Source: a bacterium (GTDB lineage: Bacteria; Zhuqueibacterota; Zhuqueibacteria; Oceanimicrobiales; Oceanimicrobiaceae). From it: a stretch of 18,188 nt of DNA. Numbering within the stretch: the stretch's first letter is position 1; each line of letters starts with the position of its first letter. The notes under the pieces are model-generated. The model worked only from the letters and a program-made list of their open reading frames with translations, had not been told where the DNA came from and ran no database searches. Location of the stretch: positions 16,565-34,752 of the forward strand of contig JBBIIG010000040.1 of the NCBI GenBank assembly GCA_037446635.1. Direction: 5' to 3'. Position numbers and translations under genes: made by a program. Shown piece after piece: positions 1 to 6,406 of the stretch.

Positions 1-1
1 G

Positions 2-142
2 TTCGGCAGCGAAGATGCGCTGCTGGAAATCGACATGTCGTAATAAATGGACGAGAGCGCGGTCAGCCGGCTGATCGGCGCGCCGCCCGGCTATGTGGGC
101 TACGAGGAGGGCGGGCAACTCACCGACCGCGTGCGCCAGCAG
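2..142 (+). pseudogene. Fragment of a ClpB/ClpC (Hsp100) second AAA+ domain, interrupted by two in-frame stops; likely contig-end chimera
   Basis: Frame from nt 2 reads [45 protein letters not shown], matching the Clp D2 signature IDMSEY...[20 protein letters not shown]. The conserved EY is replaced by TAA TAA (41-46). Confidence 0.85.
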
Positions 143-1162
143 CTCAACGTCGATGCCGATATCACGGAGCGCAACCTCTTCCTTTGGTTAGAGGAGGAGC
201 TGGTGTTGAGTCCGCTGCTGCGCGTGCAATTAGGACTGCGCGGCGATTATTTCACGTTTGATGTTGAAGATCATTTGGAGTTTGCCAGCGACGCCGAATT
301 GCCGCACGCTTCCGGCTACGTGCAAAAAAGCATCCTCAGTCCGAAATTCAATCTCGTGTTCAGTCCCTCTGCTTCAACGGATTTTTACTTGAACGCCGGC
401 AGCAGCTTCCACTCCAACGACGCCCGCGACGTGGTGATCTCCCAAAAGATGAGCGAGATGGAGCGAGCGCTGCGCCGCCGAGGTTTGAGCGAAGCGGAAA
501 TCGCCGCGGAGTTGGCGGCGCGCCATTTCGATCCCGAGCAGCGGGGCATTGAAACGCTGCCGCGGGCCATTGGCGCCGAGTTGGGAATGCGCACGCATCT
601 TTCAAAGCGAGTTGTGATTGGCGTCGCCGCGTGGTGGCTGCAACTGGACGAGGAGTTGGTGTTCGTCGGCGATGAGGGGACGACCGAGGTGAGCGGCAAA
701 AGCCGGCGCGTTGGTCTCGATCTCGAAGGCCGCCTGCAGCTTCTGCCCTGGCTGTGGGCCGACGCCGACATCAATCTTTCGCGCGGTCAATTTGTGGACG
801 AGCCCGCCGGCGCTGATGACATTCCGCTGGCGCCGCGCCTCACTTCGACAGGCGGCGTGACCGCGATTCATCCCGCCGGCTTTGAAGCCAGTCTGCGCTA
901 TCGCCACGTGGGGGATCGCCCCGCCAATGAATTTGACACGGTGGCCGCTGAGGGCTACTCGCTGGTGAACTTGTCGCTCGGTTACCGTTTTGGCCGGATG
1001 AAAGTATTTGCCAATATCGAGAATTTACTGAACACGGAATGGAACGAAGCGCAATTCGATACCGAGTCGCGGCTGCGGAATGAAACGGAGCCGGTGTCGG
1101 AAATTCATTTCACGCCGGGGAATCCGCGCAATGTGCAGGTGGGAGTGAGTGTGGGGTTTTAA
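47..1162 (+). CDS. TonB-dependent receptor, C-terminal beta-barrel part only (native sequence from about 122-143; the first ~32 aa of the ORF are Clp-derived)
   Basis: Amphipathic beta strands, [30 protein letters not shown], the TBDR C-terminal NIENLLN motif and [15 protein letters not shown] ending in a terminal Phe. No signal peptide or plug domain is present. Confidence 0.85.
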   Translation: MDESAVSRLIGAPPGYVGYEEGGQLTDRVRQQLNVDADITERNLFLWLEEELVLSPLLRVQLGLRGDYFTFDVEDHLEFASDAELPHASGYVQKSILSPKFNLVFSPSASTDFYLNAGSSFHSNDARDVVISQKMSEMERALRRRGLSEAEIAAELAARHFDPEQRGIETLPRAIGAELGMRTHLSKRVVIGVAAWWLQLDEELVFVGDEGTTEVSGKSRRVGLDLEGRLQLLPWLWADADINLSRGQFVDEPAGADDIPLAPRLTSTGGVTAIHPAGFEASLRYRHVGDRPANEFDTVAAEGYSLVNLSLGYRFGRMKVFANIENLLNTEWNEAQFDTESRLRNETEPVSEIHFTPGNPRNVQVGVSVGF

Positions 1163-1164
1163 TG

Positions 1165-1193
1165 AGTAGTTCGACCAGCCTGGTCGTTCTACT
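1165..1193. repeat. GTAG-type REP-like palindrome
   Basis: AGTAG-TT-CGACCAG-C-CTGGTCG-TT-CTACT: GTAG...CTAC termini around a 7-bp inverted repeat, starting 3 nt after the TBDR stop. Confidence 0.55.
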
Positions 1194-1217
1194 TCTTCAG
1201 ATGCACCCATAAAATCT

Positions 1218-1250
1218 TTGCTCGCAGGATTTCAAATCCGGCGCGAACGA
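1218..1250. repeat. Imperfect palindromic (REP-like) element
   Basis: Core GGATTT-C-AAATCC (1227-1239) with imperfect outer arms TTGCTCGC / GCGAACGA. Confidence 0.4.
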
Positions 1251-1259
1251 TGTGGCACT

Positions 1260-1290
1260 ACCCTGTCAGGGTTCCAAACCCTGACAGGGT
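1260..1290. repeat. Perfect 14-bp inverted repeat (REP-like; could also act as a terminator between convergent genes)
   Basis: ACCCTGTCAGGGTT-CCA-AACCCTGACAGGGT between the convergent TBDR and kinase stops. Confidence 0.7.
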
Positions 1291-1302
1291 TAATAAATTT
1301 GT

Positions 1303-3639
1303 CTATGTCTCCAACCCAACCTTTTTCAACAACTGCGCGAACCGCGGATCCGAGCGCAGCCCATCCAACTTTGGCTCCACTTTCAGCAAGGGAATTTCCT
1401 TGGAGCGTTCTTCGCAGGCCCTTTCCAACCATTCGAACGCGCGGTCGCGATCGCCCAGCCCGCTGTAGATAATCGCGATGAGGTAAGGGTCAACGTGCCT
1501 TTGCGCGGCCAACTCTTTCATTTCAGCCAATATTTTCTCGGCTGCGGAGTGGTTGCCTGACACCGCGTAGGCGTAGGCCATGGTGGCCATTACCGGCGGC
1601 CATTCTTCTGACTGCGGTTGTGTTTTGCTTAGCTCAGTAATCGCTTTCTGATACTTACCTTGTTCCACGTAAGACCCGCCAATCCACATGTATTCAAACG
1701 GACAATACAATTCCATCTCGAGGGTTTTGGAGGCCTGCTCGATGGCTTGATCATACTCGCGCGCGCCATAGTAAACCATCCCCAAATAACAATTGGTGAG
1801 ATGGGAAAGCGGATCCAACTCCAGCGCGCGCTGCAATTGCATGATGCCCTCCTCGTGCCGCCCCATCGATAGCAAATAACGGCCGTAAAGCTCATAAGCG
1901 AGCGCATGGTTGGGATTGAGCGCCAGCACGCGCTTCAGTTCGCTCTCCACTGCTGGCCAATCCCAATCGTAGTGATACTTGATGTCAGCAATTGCGAAGT
2001 GGGCATCGGCGAGGCCGTCATCGAGCTGCAATGCCTTCACCGCATAAGCGCGGGCGATGGGCACGGCTTCATGGGGCGGCATGAACGAATAGGCCAGCCC
2101 GGAATAGCAATCGGCCAGACCGGCATAAGCGAGCGCGAAATTGGGATCTTTTTCAATCGCCTGGTTGAAGTACTCCATGCCTTTTTTGATGCCCTCTTCG
2201 GTGAACTTGTTCCAGAAGTAGCGGCCCTTGAGATAAAGTTGGTAGGCCTCGCTGTCGTTGGTGTGGCGCTTGCTCAACTCTTTTTGCTTGATGGCGCTCA
2301 GCTCTAATTGCAGCTCTTTATAAATTTGCCGGGAAATATCTTCATGCAGCGTCAAGATGTCCTCCAACTTGCAGTTGTATTGCTCGCCCCAAAGTTGATG
2401 GTTATTGCGCGTGTCCACCAATTCCATGCTGAGCCGGAGATCGGCGCCGCGTTGCACCAATTGGCCGGTGAGCACCGCCTGCACGTTGAGCGCTTTGCCC
2501 ACCGCTTTGGGGTCGATCTCTTTTCCTTTGTATGCAAAGACGGCGTGCCGCGACATGACCTTCAAATTGGGCGAGCCGGAGAGATTGCTGATGAGACTTT
2601 CAGTGATGCCGTCGGAGAGGTATTCCATGGTGGAATCCGCGCCGAGGTTCACAAAAGGCAAGACCGCCACCGATTCCACGGCTTTGCTTTCTTTGTTGAA
2701 GAATAAAGCCGCCAGTACAAAAGAAATCGCAAGCAGGCCGGCGAGACCGAGGTAGAGGCGTGGGCTCATTCTTTTTGGGAACGTTGCTGGGATTGAGCGT
2801 CTCGATATTTCGGATTCACTTCCCGTTTTGAAGAATTTCAAATCAGCCAGAATTTCCTGAACACTCTGATAGCGTTGGTCCGCATCTTTGCGCAGCATCT
2901 TGAGAACGATTGCTTCTAACGCCTGCGGGATTTCGGACCGCAAGCCGCGCAGGCTATGGGGCTCGTCAGTTAGTATTGAATAGATGGCAACTTGATCGAA
3001 CTCATCTTTGAAAGGCAACCGTCCGGCTAACATTTGATACGCCACCACGCCGAGCGACCAGATGTCCGTGCGATGGTCGAGTGATTTGCCTTGAATCTGC
3101 TCTGGCGACATATAAGAGACGGTGCCGAGGATCGCGCCGGTTCTGGTGATTTGCGTGGTGCCTCTGACTTTGGCCAAACCAAAATCCATGATTTTGACCT
3201 GGCCGTCATCGGAAACCATGATGTTGCTGCATTTGATATCGCGGTGGACGATCCCTTTGTTGTGGGCCGCTTTCAAACCCTCGGCGATTTGACTAACATA
3301 ATTAACGCAATCTTCAATCGACGATTGTCGATCATCGATCAGCGATTTCAACTCCCGTCCTGCAATAAACTCCATGACGATGAACATCTCACCATCCACT
3401 TCTTCGATCGCAAAAATCGTGGCAATGTTGGGATGGTTGAGCGCCGCGGCCGCCTGCGCCTCGATCTTGAACCGCTCGCGCTCCTCCTCGGTGGTGGCAA
3501 TCTGGCGCGGCAAAAATTTGATGGCCACCTCACGCTTGAGTTTGGTATCCTCGGCCTTATACACCACGCCCATCCCGCCTTCGCCAATTTTTTCGACGAT
3601 CCGGTAGTGAAGGATTTCCTTTCCGGTCAAATCGCTCAT
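1303..3639 (-). CDS. Hanks-type Ser/Thr protein kinase with a TM helix, TolB-N-like domain and C-terminal TPRs
   Basis: GEGGMGVVYKA, VAIKFL, HRDIKCSN, DFGLAK and GTVSYMSPE motifs; hydrophobic LYLGLAGLLAISFVLAALFF; SVAVLPFVNL...EYLSDGITE; TPR helices (AYQLYLKGRY, DPNFALAYAGLA). Start placed at ATG 3639 with GAGGG 5 nt upstream; the ORF track starts at 3651. Confidence 0.93.
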   Translation of the reverse strand: MSDLTGKEILHYRIVEKIGEGGMGVVYKAEDTKLKREVAIKFLPRQIATTEEERERFKIEAQAAAALNHPNIATIFAIEEVDGEMFIVMEFIAGRELKSLIDDRQSSIEDCVNYVSQIAEGLKAAHNKGIVHRDIKCSNIMVSDDGQVKIMDFGLAKVRGTTQITRTGAILGTVSYMSPEQIQGKSLDHRTDIWSLGVVAYQMLAGRLPFKDEFDQVAIYSILTDEPHSLRGLRSEIPQALEAIVLKMLRKDADQRYQSVQEILADLKFFKTGSESEISRRSIPATFPKRMSPRLYLGLAGLLAISFVLAALFFNKESKAVESVAVLPFVNLGADSTMEYLSDGITESLISNLSGSPNLKVMSRHAVFAYKGKEIDPKAVGKALNVQAVLTGQLVQRGADLRLSMELVDTRNNHQLWGEQYNCKLEDILTLHEDISRQIYKELQLELSAIKQKELSKRHTNDSEAYQLYLKGRYFWNKFTEEGIKKGMEYFNQAIEKDPNFALAYAGLADCYSGLAYSFMPPHEAVPIARAYAVKALQLDDGLADAHFAIADIKYHYDWDWPAVESELKRVLALNPNHALAYELYGRYLLSMGRHEEGIMQLQRALELDPLSHLTNCYLGMVYYGAREYDQAIEQASKTLEMELYCPFEYMWIGGSYVEQGKYQKAITELSKTQPQSEEWPPVMATMAYAYAVSGNHSAAEKILAEMKELAAQRHVDPYLIAIIYSGLGDRDRAFEWLERACEERSKEIPLLKVEPKLDGLRSDPRFAQLLKKVGLET

Positions 3640-3764
3640 TTTAACCCTCAACGATCCGTTGGTGTTGTTTCAGGTGCAACAAAAACTAAAAAACCAGAGG
3701 GATAAAATCAAGTTGTTCCCCCTTAATTCTGGGATTGGTTACTTCATTCATTTTAAATTCTAAC

Positions 3765-3790
3765 GTAACGCAACATTAATGTTGCGTTAC
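3765..3790. repeat. Perfect 26-bp palindrome (GTAA/GTAG-type REP-like) overlapping the vWA gene stop
   Basis: GTAACGCAACATTAATGTTGCGTTAC is its own reverse complement. Confidence 0.75.
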
Positions 3791-6042
3791 AACATCCCCT
3801 TGCGTTTGCGAATCAGCCACTCGGCGCTGAGCAGCAGAATGCAGGTAATCAGCAGCGGGGTCTTATTCCAGATTTCCCACTCGTTTTTGATGACCACAAA
3901 TTTTTCGTTGAACTGCAAACGTTCGCTGAGTCGGCTAACCTCCTCGGGGGTGAAATAAGCGCCGCCGCTTTCCTCGGCGATTCGGCGCAGCAGCTCCTCA
4001 TTCATGCGCGTGTCCTGAAATTCGAGGTTGAATTCTTCCACCGAAAATTTGCCCTGGTCGCGGCCGAGCACCCGGCCCTGCAAGTGCGCTGAGCCGGTGA
4101 ATTCATAATCGCCGCCCTGCAGCACTTCGAGGCTGCCTTCGTAGCGGCCTCCGCCGATTCCCTTCAAAGACAGCTCAAACGTCTCGTTGACATCGCGCAC
4201 CTGCACCACCACCTCCGCGCCGTCCACCGGCTGGAAGTCCTCAAAATAAACCTGCGCCGTGAACTTCACTTTTTCGCCGCTGCGGTAAACTTCTTTGTTG
4301 GCGGCGATGCGCACCGGCTTGCTGTCCTCCTGACTCACCAACCAGCGGATGGTATTTTGCAGAAAGCGGTGATAGGCCTCGCTGCTTTTACCGACGCCGG
4401 TCATCAGCAAGTCCCAGCGCCAGAGACCGTAGGCCAGCACGGTCGCCGATTTGCGTTTCCCCGAGGTCTGGCAAACGATAATCGGCAGCGATTGCCGGCG
4501 CGCGTCCGGAGAACGGTTAACATCGCTGGCCGCCAGCGACTGCGCCGAGGGGTGGAGCGGCGCGTAATTCAAGATGGTGAAAATCGGCGGCAGCTCCAGC
4601 CAGCGCTCGCGGTTTTCCACCTCATCCTCCGAAAGCCGGAAAATGGGATGATGCATCCCCTGCGGCAGAACGGCCGCATACACGACTCGCTCGCTGCCTT
4701 TGGCTGGCTTCGCGGAGAACGGCAAAAAATCGCTGAGCTGCCAGAGTTTGTCGAGATCAACATTTTTTCCAAAAATCAAAAACAGCGGCTTGCCGGCGGC
4801 CAGCAGGCTTTTGATCCTGGTGATGGATTCCGGCGCCGAAGTGCGGCGGGGGAAGTCGAGCAAAATCACCGCATCCGATTTCGCCAACTCCTCAGCTGTT
4901 GGCATGCTCGCGCGGCCGTAAAATTGTCCGTCCTTCTCAACAAAAGCCTGCACTGCGACGTTTTGATCCGCGGCAAGACTGCGCTTGAGAAAATTGAAAT
5001 CGGCGCTGGGCCCGCCGGCAACCATCAGCACATCTAATTTGCTCTTCAGCACCTTCACATAAAACGGCCGCGTGTTGTTGACGTCGGTGAGCTCGCCCTC
5101 CAATTTCGGCAGCTTGATTTCGTATTTGAACAGCCCCTCCTGTTCGGGGGTGAAAAGCAGCCGCACCCGCTGTTCGAGTCCGCCGCCGGATAACTCCACC
5201 ACTTTCGAGTCCAGCGTGCGATTGCCCTGAGTGAGATTCACCGGCAGGCGCCGGCCCTCGAAGCCGCTGCTTTTAATGTACACCTCCACCGGAATTTGCG
5301 CGCCGGCGTAGGCGATTTCGTTGGTGACAAAGTTGGAGATCAAAACGTCGCGCTGCTCGGAGGGATCGCCAATGCCAACCGCATGAATTGGGACGCCGTA
5401 CTCGGAGGCGTATCGCGCCGGATTTTCGCCTAAATTATTCGCGCCATCGCTGAGCAGAACCACGGCGGCAAAGTAGCGGTCGGTTAATTTCTTTTTAAGT
5501 TCATCCAGCGCGCCGCGGATATCGGTGCCGTCGCCGTCGGCGTGCAGCGTATCCGGCGGAGATGACGTTCCTTCCTGCAACTGCGCCGCGAATGGGTAAA
5601 AAACCATTTCGTATTCATCGGAACGCCTGCGGAATACGTCCGATTGCAGCAGCGATTGCAGCACCTGCCGGCGATCGACTTTTCCGCGAAGCGGATCGCC
5701 TGCCTGCCCGCGCAGGCGGGCCTGCGTCCGCGAAGCGGATCCGCCTCTGCGAACAGGCAGGGTGTCCGATTGATCCACCAATCCCATGCTGGCCGACTGA
5801 TCGATAAGCACCGCTACCACGGGTTTATCCGCTTTTTTGCGAGTGAGGCTCAAAATCGGCTCGAACAGCAAAAGCACCAGCAGCATGGCCGAGAGCGCGC
5901 GCAGCGTCATCAGCAAAAAGCGCAGGCGGTTGGAAACCGGCGGCGTCGTGCGGCGATAAACGAAGTAGCTGAACGCCGCGGCGGCGAGCAGAAGAATCAG
6001 CAAGGCAAAACTGCCGGTGGTGGTGAGGTTGATTTGGGGCAT
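3787..6042 (-). CDS. Membrane-anchored vWA-domain protein with Ig-like and class I GATase-like (DUF1355-like) domains
   Basis: Two N-terminal TM helices; MIDAS DQSASM, T in GTDIRGAL, LLSDG; PIHAVGIG; later LWRW...FLQNTIRWL and LRRIAEESGG; C-terminal TM ending EWLIRKRKGML. Carries an 87-bp in-frame palindromic insert at 5683-5769. Confidence 0.85.
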   Translation of the reverse strand: MPQINLTTTGSFALLILLLAAAAFSYFVYRRTTPPVSNRLRFLLMTLRALSAMLLVLLLFEPILSLTRKKADKPVVAVLIDQSASMGLVDQSDTLPVRRGGSASRTQARLRGQAGDPLRGKVDRRQVLQSLLQSDVFRRRSDEYEMVFYPFAAQLQEGTSSPPDTLHADGDGTDIRGALDELKKKLTDRYFAAVVLLSDGANNLGENPARYASEYGVPIHAVGIGDPSEQRDVLISNFVTNEIAYAGAQIPVEVYIKSSGFEGRRLPVNLTQGNRTLDSKVVELSGGGLEQRVRLLFTPEQEGLFKYEIKLPKLEGELTDVNNTRPFYVKVLKSKLDVLMVAGGPSADFNFLKRSLAADQNVAVQAFVEKDGQFYGRASMPTAEELAKSDAVILLDFPRRTSAPESITRIKSLLAAGKPLFLIFGKNVDLDKLWQLSDFLPFSAKPAKGSERVVYAAVLPQGMHHPIFRLSEDEVENRERWLELPPIFTILNYAPLHPSAQSLAASDVNRSPDARRQSLPIIVCQTSGKRKSATVLAYGLWRWDLLMTGVGKSSEAYHRFLQNTIRWLVSQEDSKPVRIAANKEVYRSGEKVKFTAQVYFEDFQPVDGAEVVVQVRDVNETFELSLKGIGGGRYEGSLEVLQGGDYEFTGSAHLQGRVLGRDQGKFSVEEFNLEFQDTRMNEELLRRIAEESGGAYFTPEEVSRLSERLQFNEKFVVIKNEWEIWNKTPLLITCILLLSAEWLIRKRKGML
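5683..5769. mobile_element. Nested cluster of four miniature palindromic elements inserted in-frame (24+18+18+27 bp)
   Basis: Outer TCCGCGAAGCGGA.TCG|GTGTCCGA; inside it CCTG|CCTGCG|CAGGCAGG (a perfect 18-bp palindrome when rejoined); inside that CCTGCCCGCGCAGGCGGG (5703-5720) and TCCGCGAAGCGGA.TCCGCCTCTGCGAA (5727-5753). Removal restores DQSASMGLVDQ-KVDRRQVL. Mobility is inferred. Confidence 0.75.
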
Positions 6043-6161
6043 GATCTCGAGGTGATGATGATTTAAATTGGTTGCATTGTCATTTCAGAATGACATTGAC
6101 TATAGAACAAATGTCAATTCCGAGCTTTGATGACTGCGTCATTTATTGGAAAGGAAGCGAC

Positions 6162-6271
6162 CGCCTGAAAATAAATTTTCAGGCTCATAACCGAAGTCGG
6201 CTAAAGCCGACTATGAAATTAGTCTGCTTCAGCAGACTTGTGCTATCAGCCAGCAACTTAAGTTTCTGGCG
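6162..6271. repeat. REPIN/MITE-like inverted doublet, each 51-bp arm made of two hairpins
   Basis: Arm 6162-6212 and the reverse complement of arm 6221-6271 align ungapped at 38/51 positions by manual count. Sub-hairpins: GCCTGAAAAT/ATTTTCAGGC, AGTCGGCT/AGCCGACT, AGTCTGCT/AGCAGACT, GCCAG/CTGGC. Spacer is 8 nt. Confidence 0.7.
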
Positions 6272-6300
6272 AATCTGAAGCAGAACGCTCCGGCATCAGC

Positions 6301-6367
6301 AGATTCCTCACCTCGATAATCGGCAAAGCCGATCCGCTAAGCGGAAAAACGTCGAGGTTCGGAATGA
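6301..6367. repeat. AGATTCCTC...CGGAATGA-type palindromic element carrying a nested 26-bp double hairpin (6320-6345)
   Basis: ATTCC/GGAAT and ACCTCGA/TCGAGGT stems enclose TAA-[TCGGC-AAA-GCCGA.TCCGC-TAA-GCGGA]-AAAACG. Confidence 0.65.
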
Positions 6368-6406
6368 GAATTTATTTGCTTCTGAACAGCCCAATTCGTG
6401 AGATAA

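Noticed and set aside
41..46. Stop-codon reassignment (TAA read as sense)
   Set aside because: The two TAAs would need to encode different residues (E and Y), and TAA terminates many intact genes in this window.
47..1162. A genuine novel Clp-TBDR fusion protein
   Set aside because: The Clp part is a short fragment preceded by in-frame stops, the barrel lacks a signal peptide and plug, and the join is at the sequence edge. A chimera is more parsimonious.
1218..1472. Short ORFs spanning the TBDR-kinase gap
   Set aside because: They run through REP-like palindromes and overlap the kinase 3' end; no coding signal.
5641..5664. 12-bp tandem near-duplication CGATTGCAGCAG/CGATTGCAGCAC next to the nested insert
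   Set aside because: It is 18 bp away from the insert so it is not a target-site duplication. It is explained by the helical repeat VLQSLLQS.
6072..6278. 68-aa ORF in the vWA-tsaD gap
   Set aside because: It is composed of palindromic repeat sequence, has a TTG start with no RBS, and shows no recognisable protein features.
6043..6406. CRISPR array, riboswitch or integron attC array in the hairpin-rich intergenic region
   Set aside because: There are no identical direct repeats with regular spacers, no recognisable riboswitch consensus, and no cassette ORFs or integrase.
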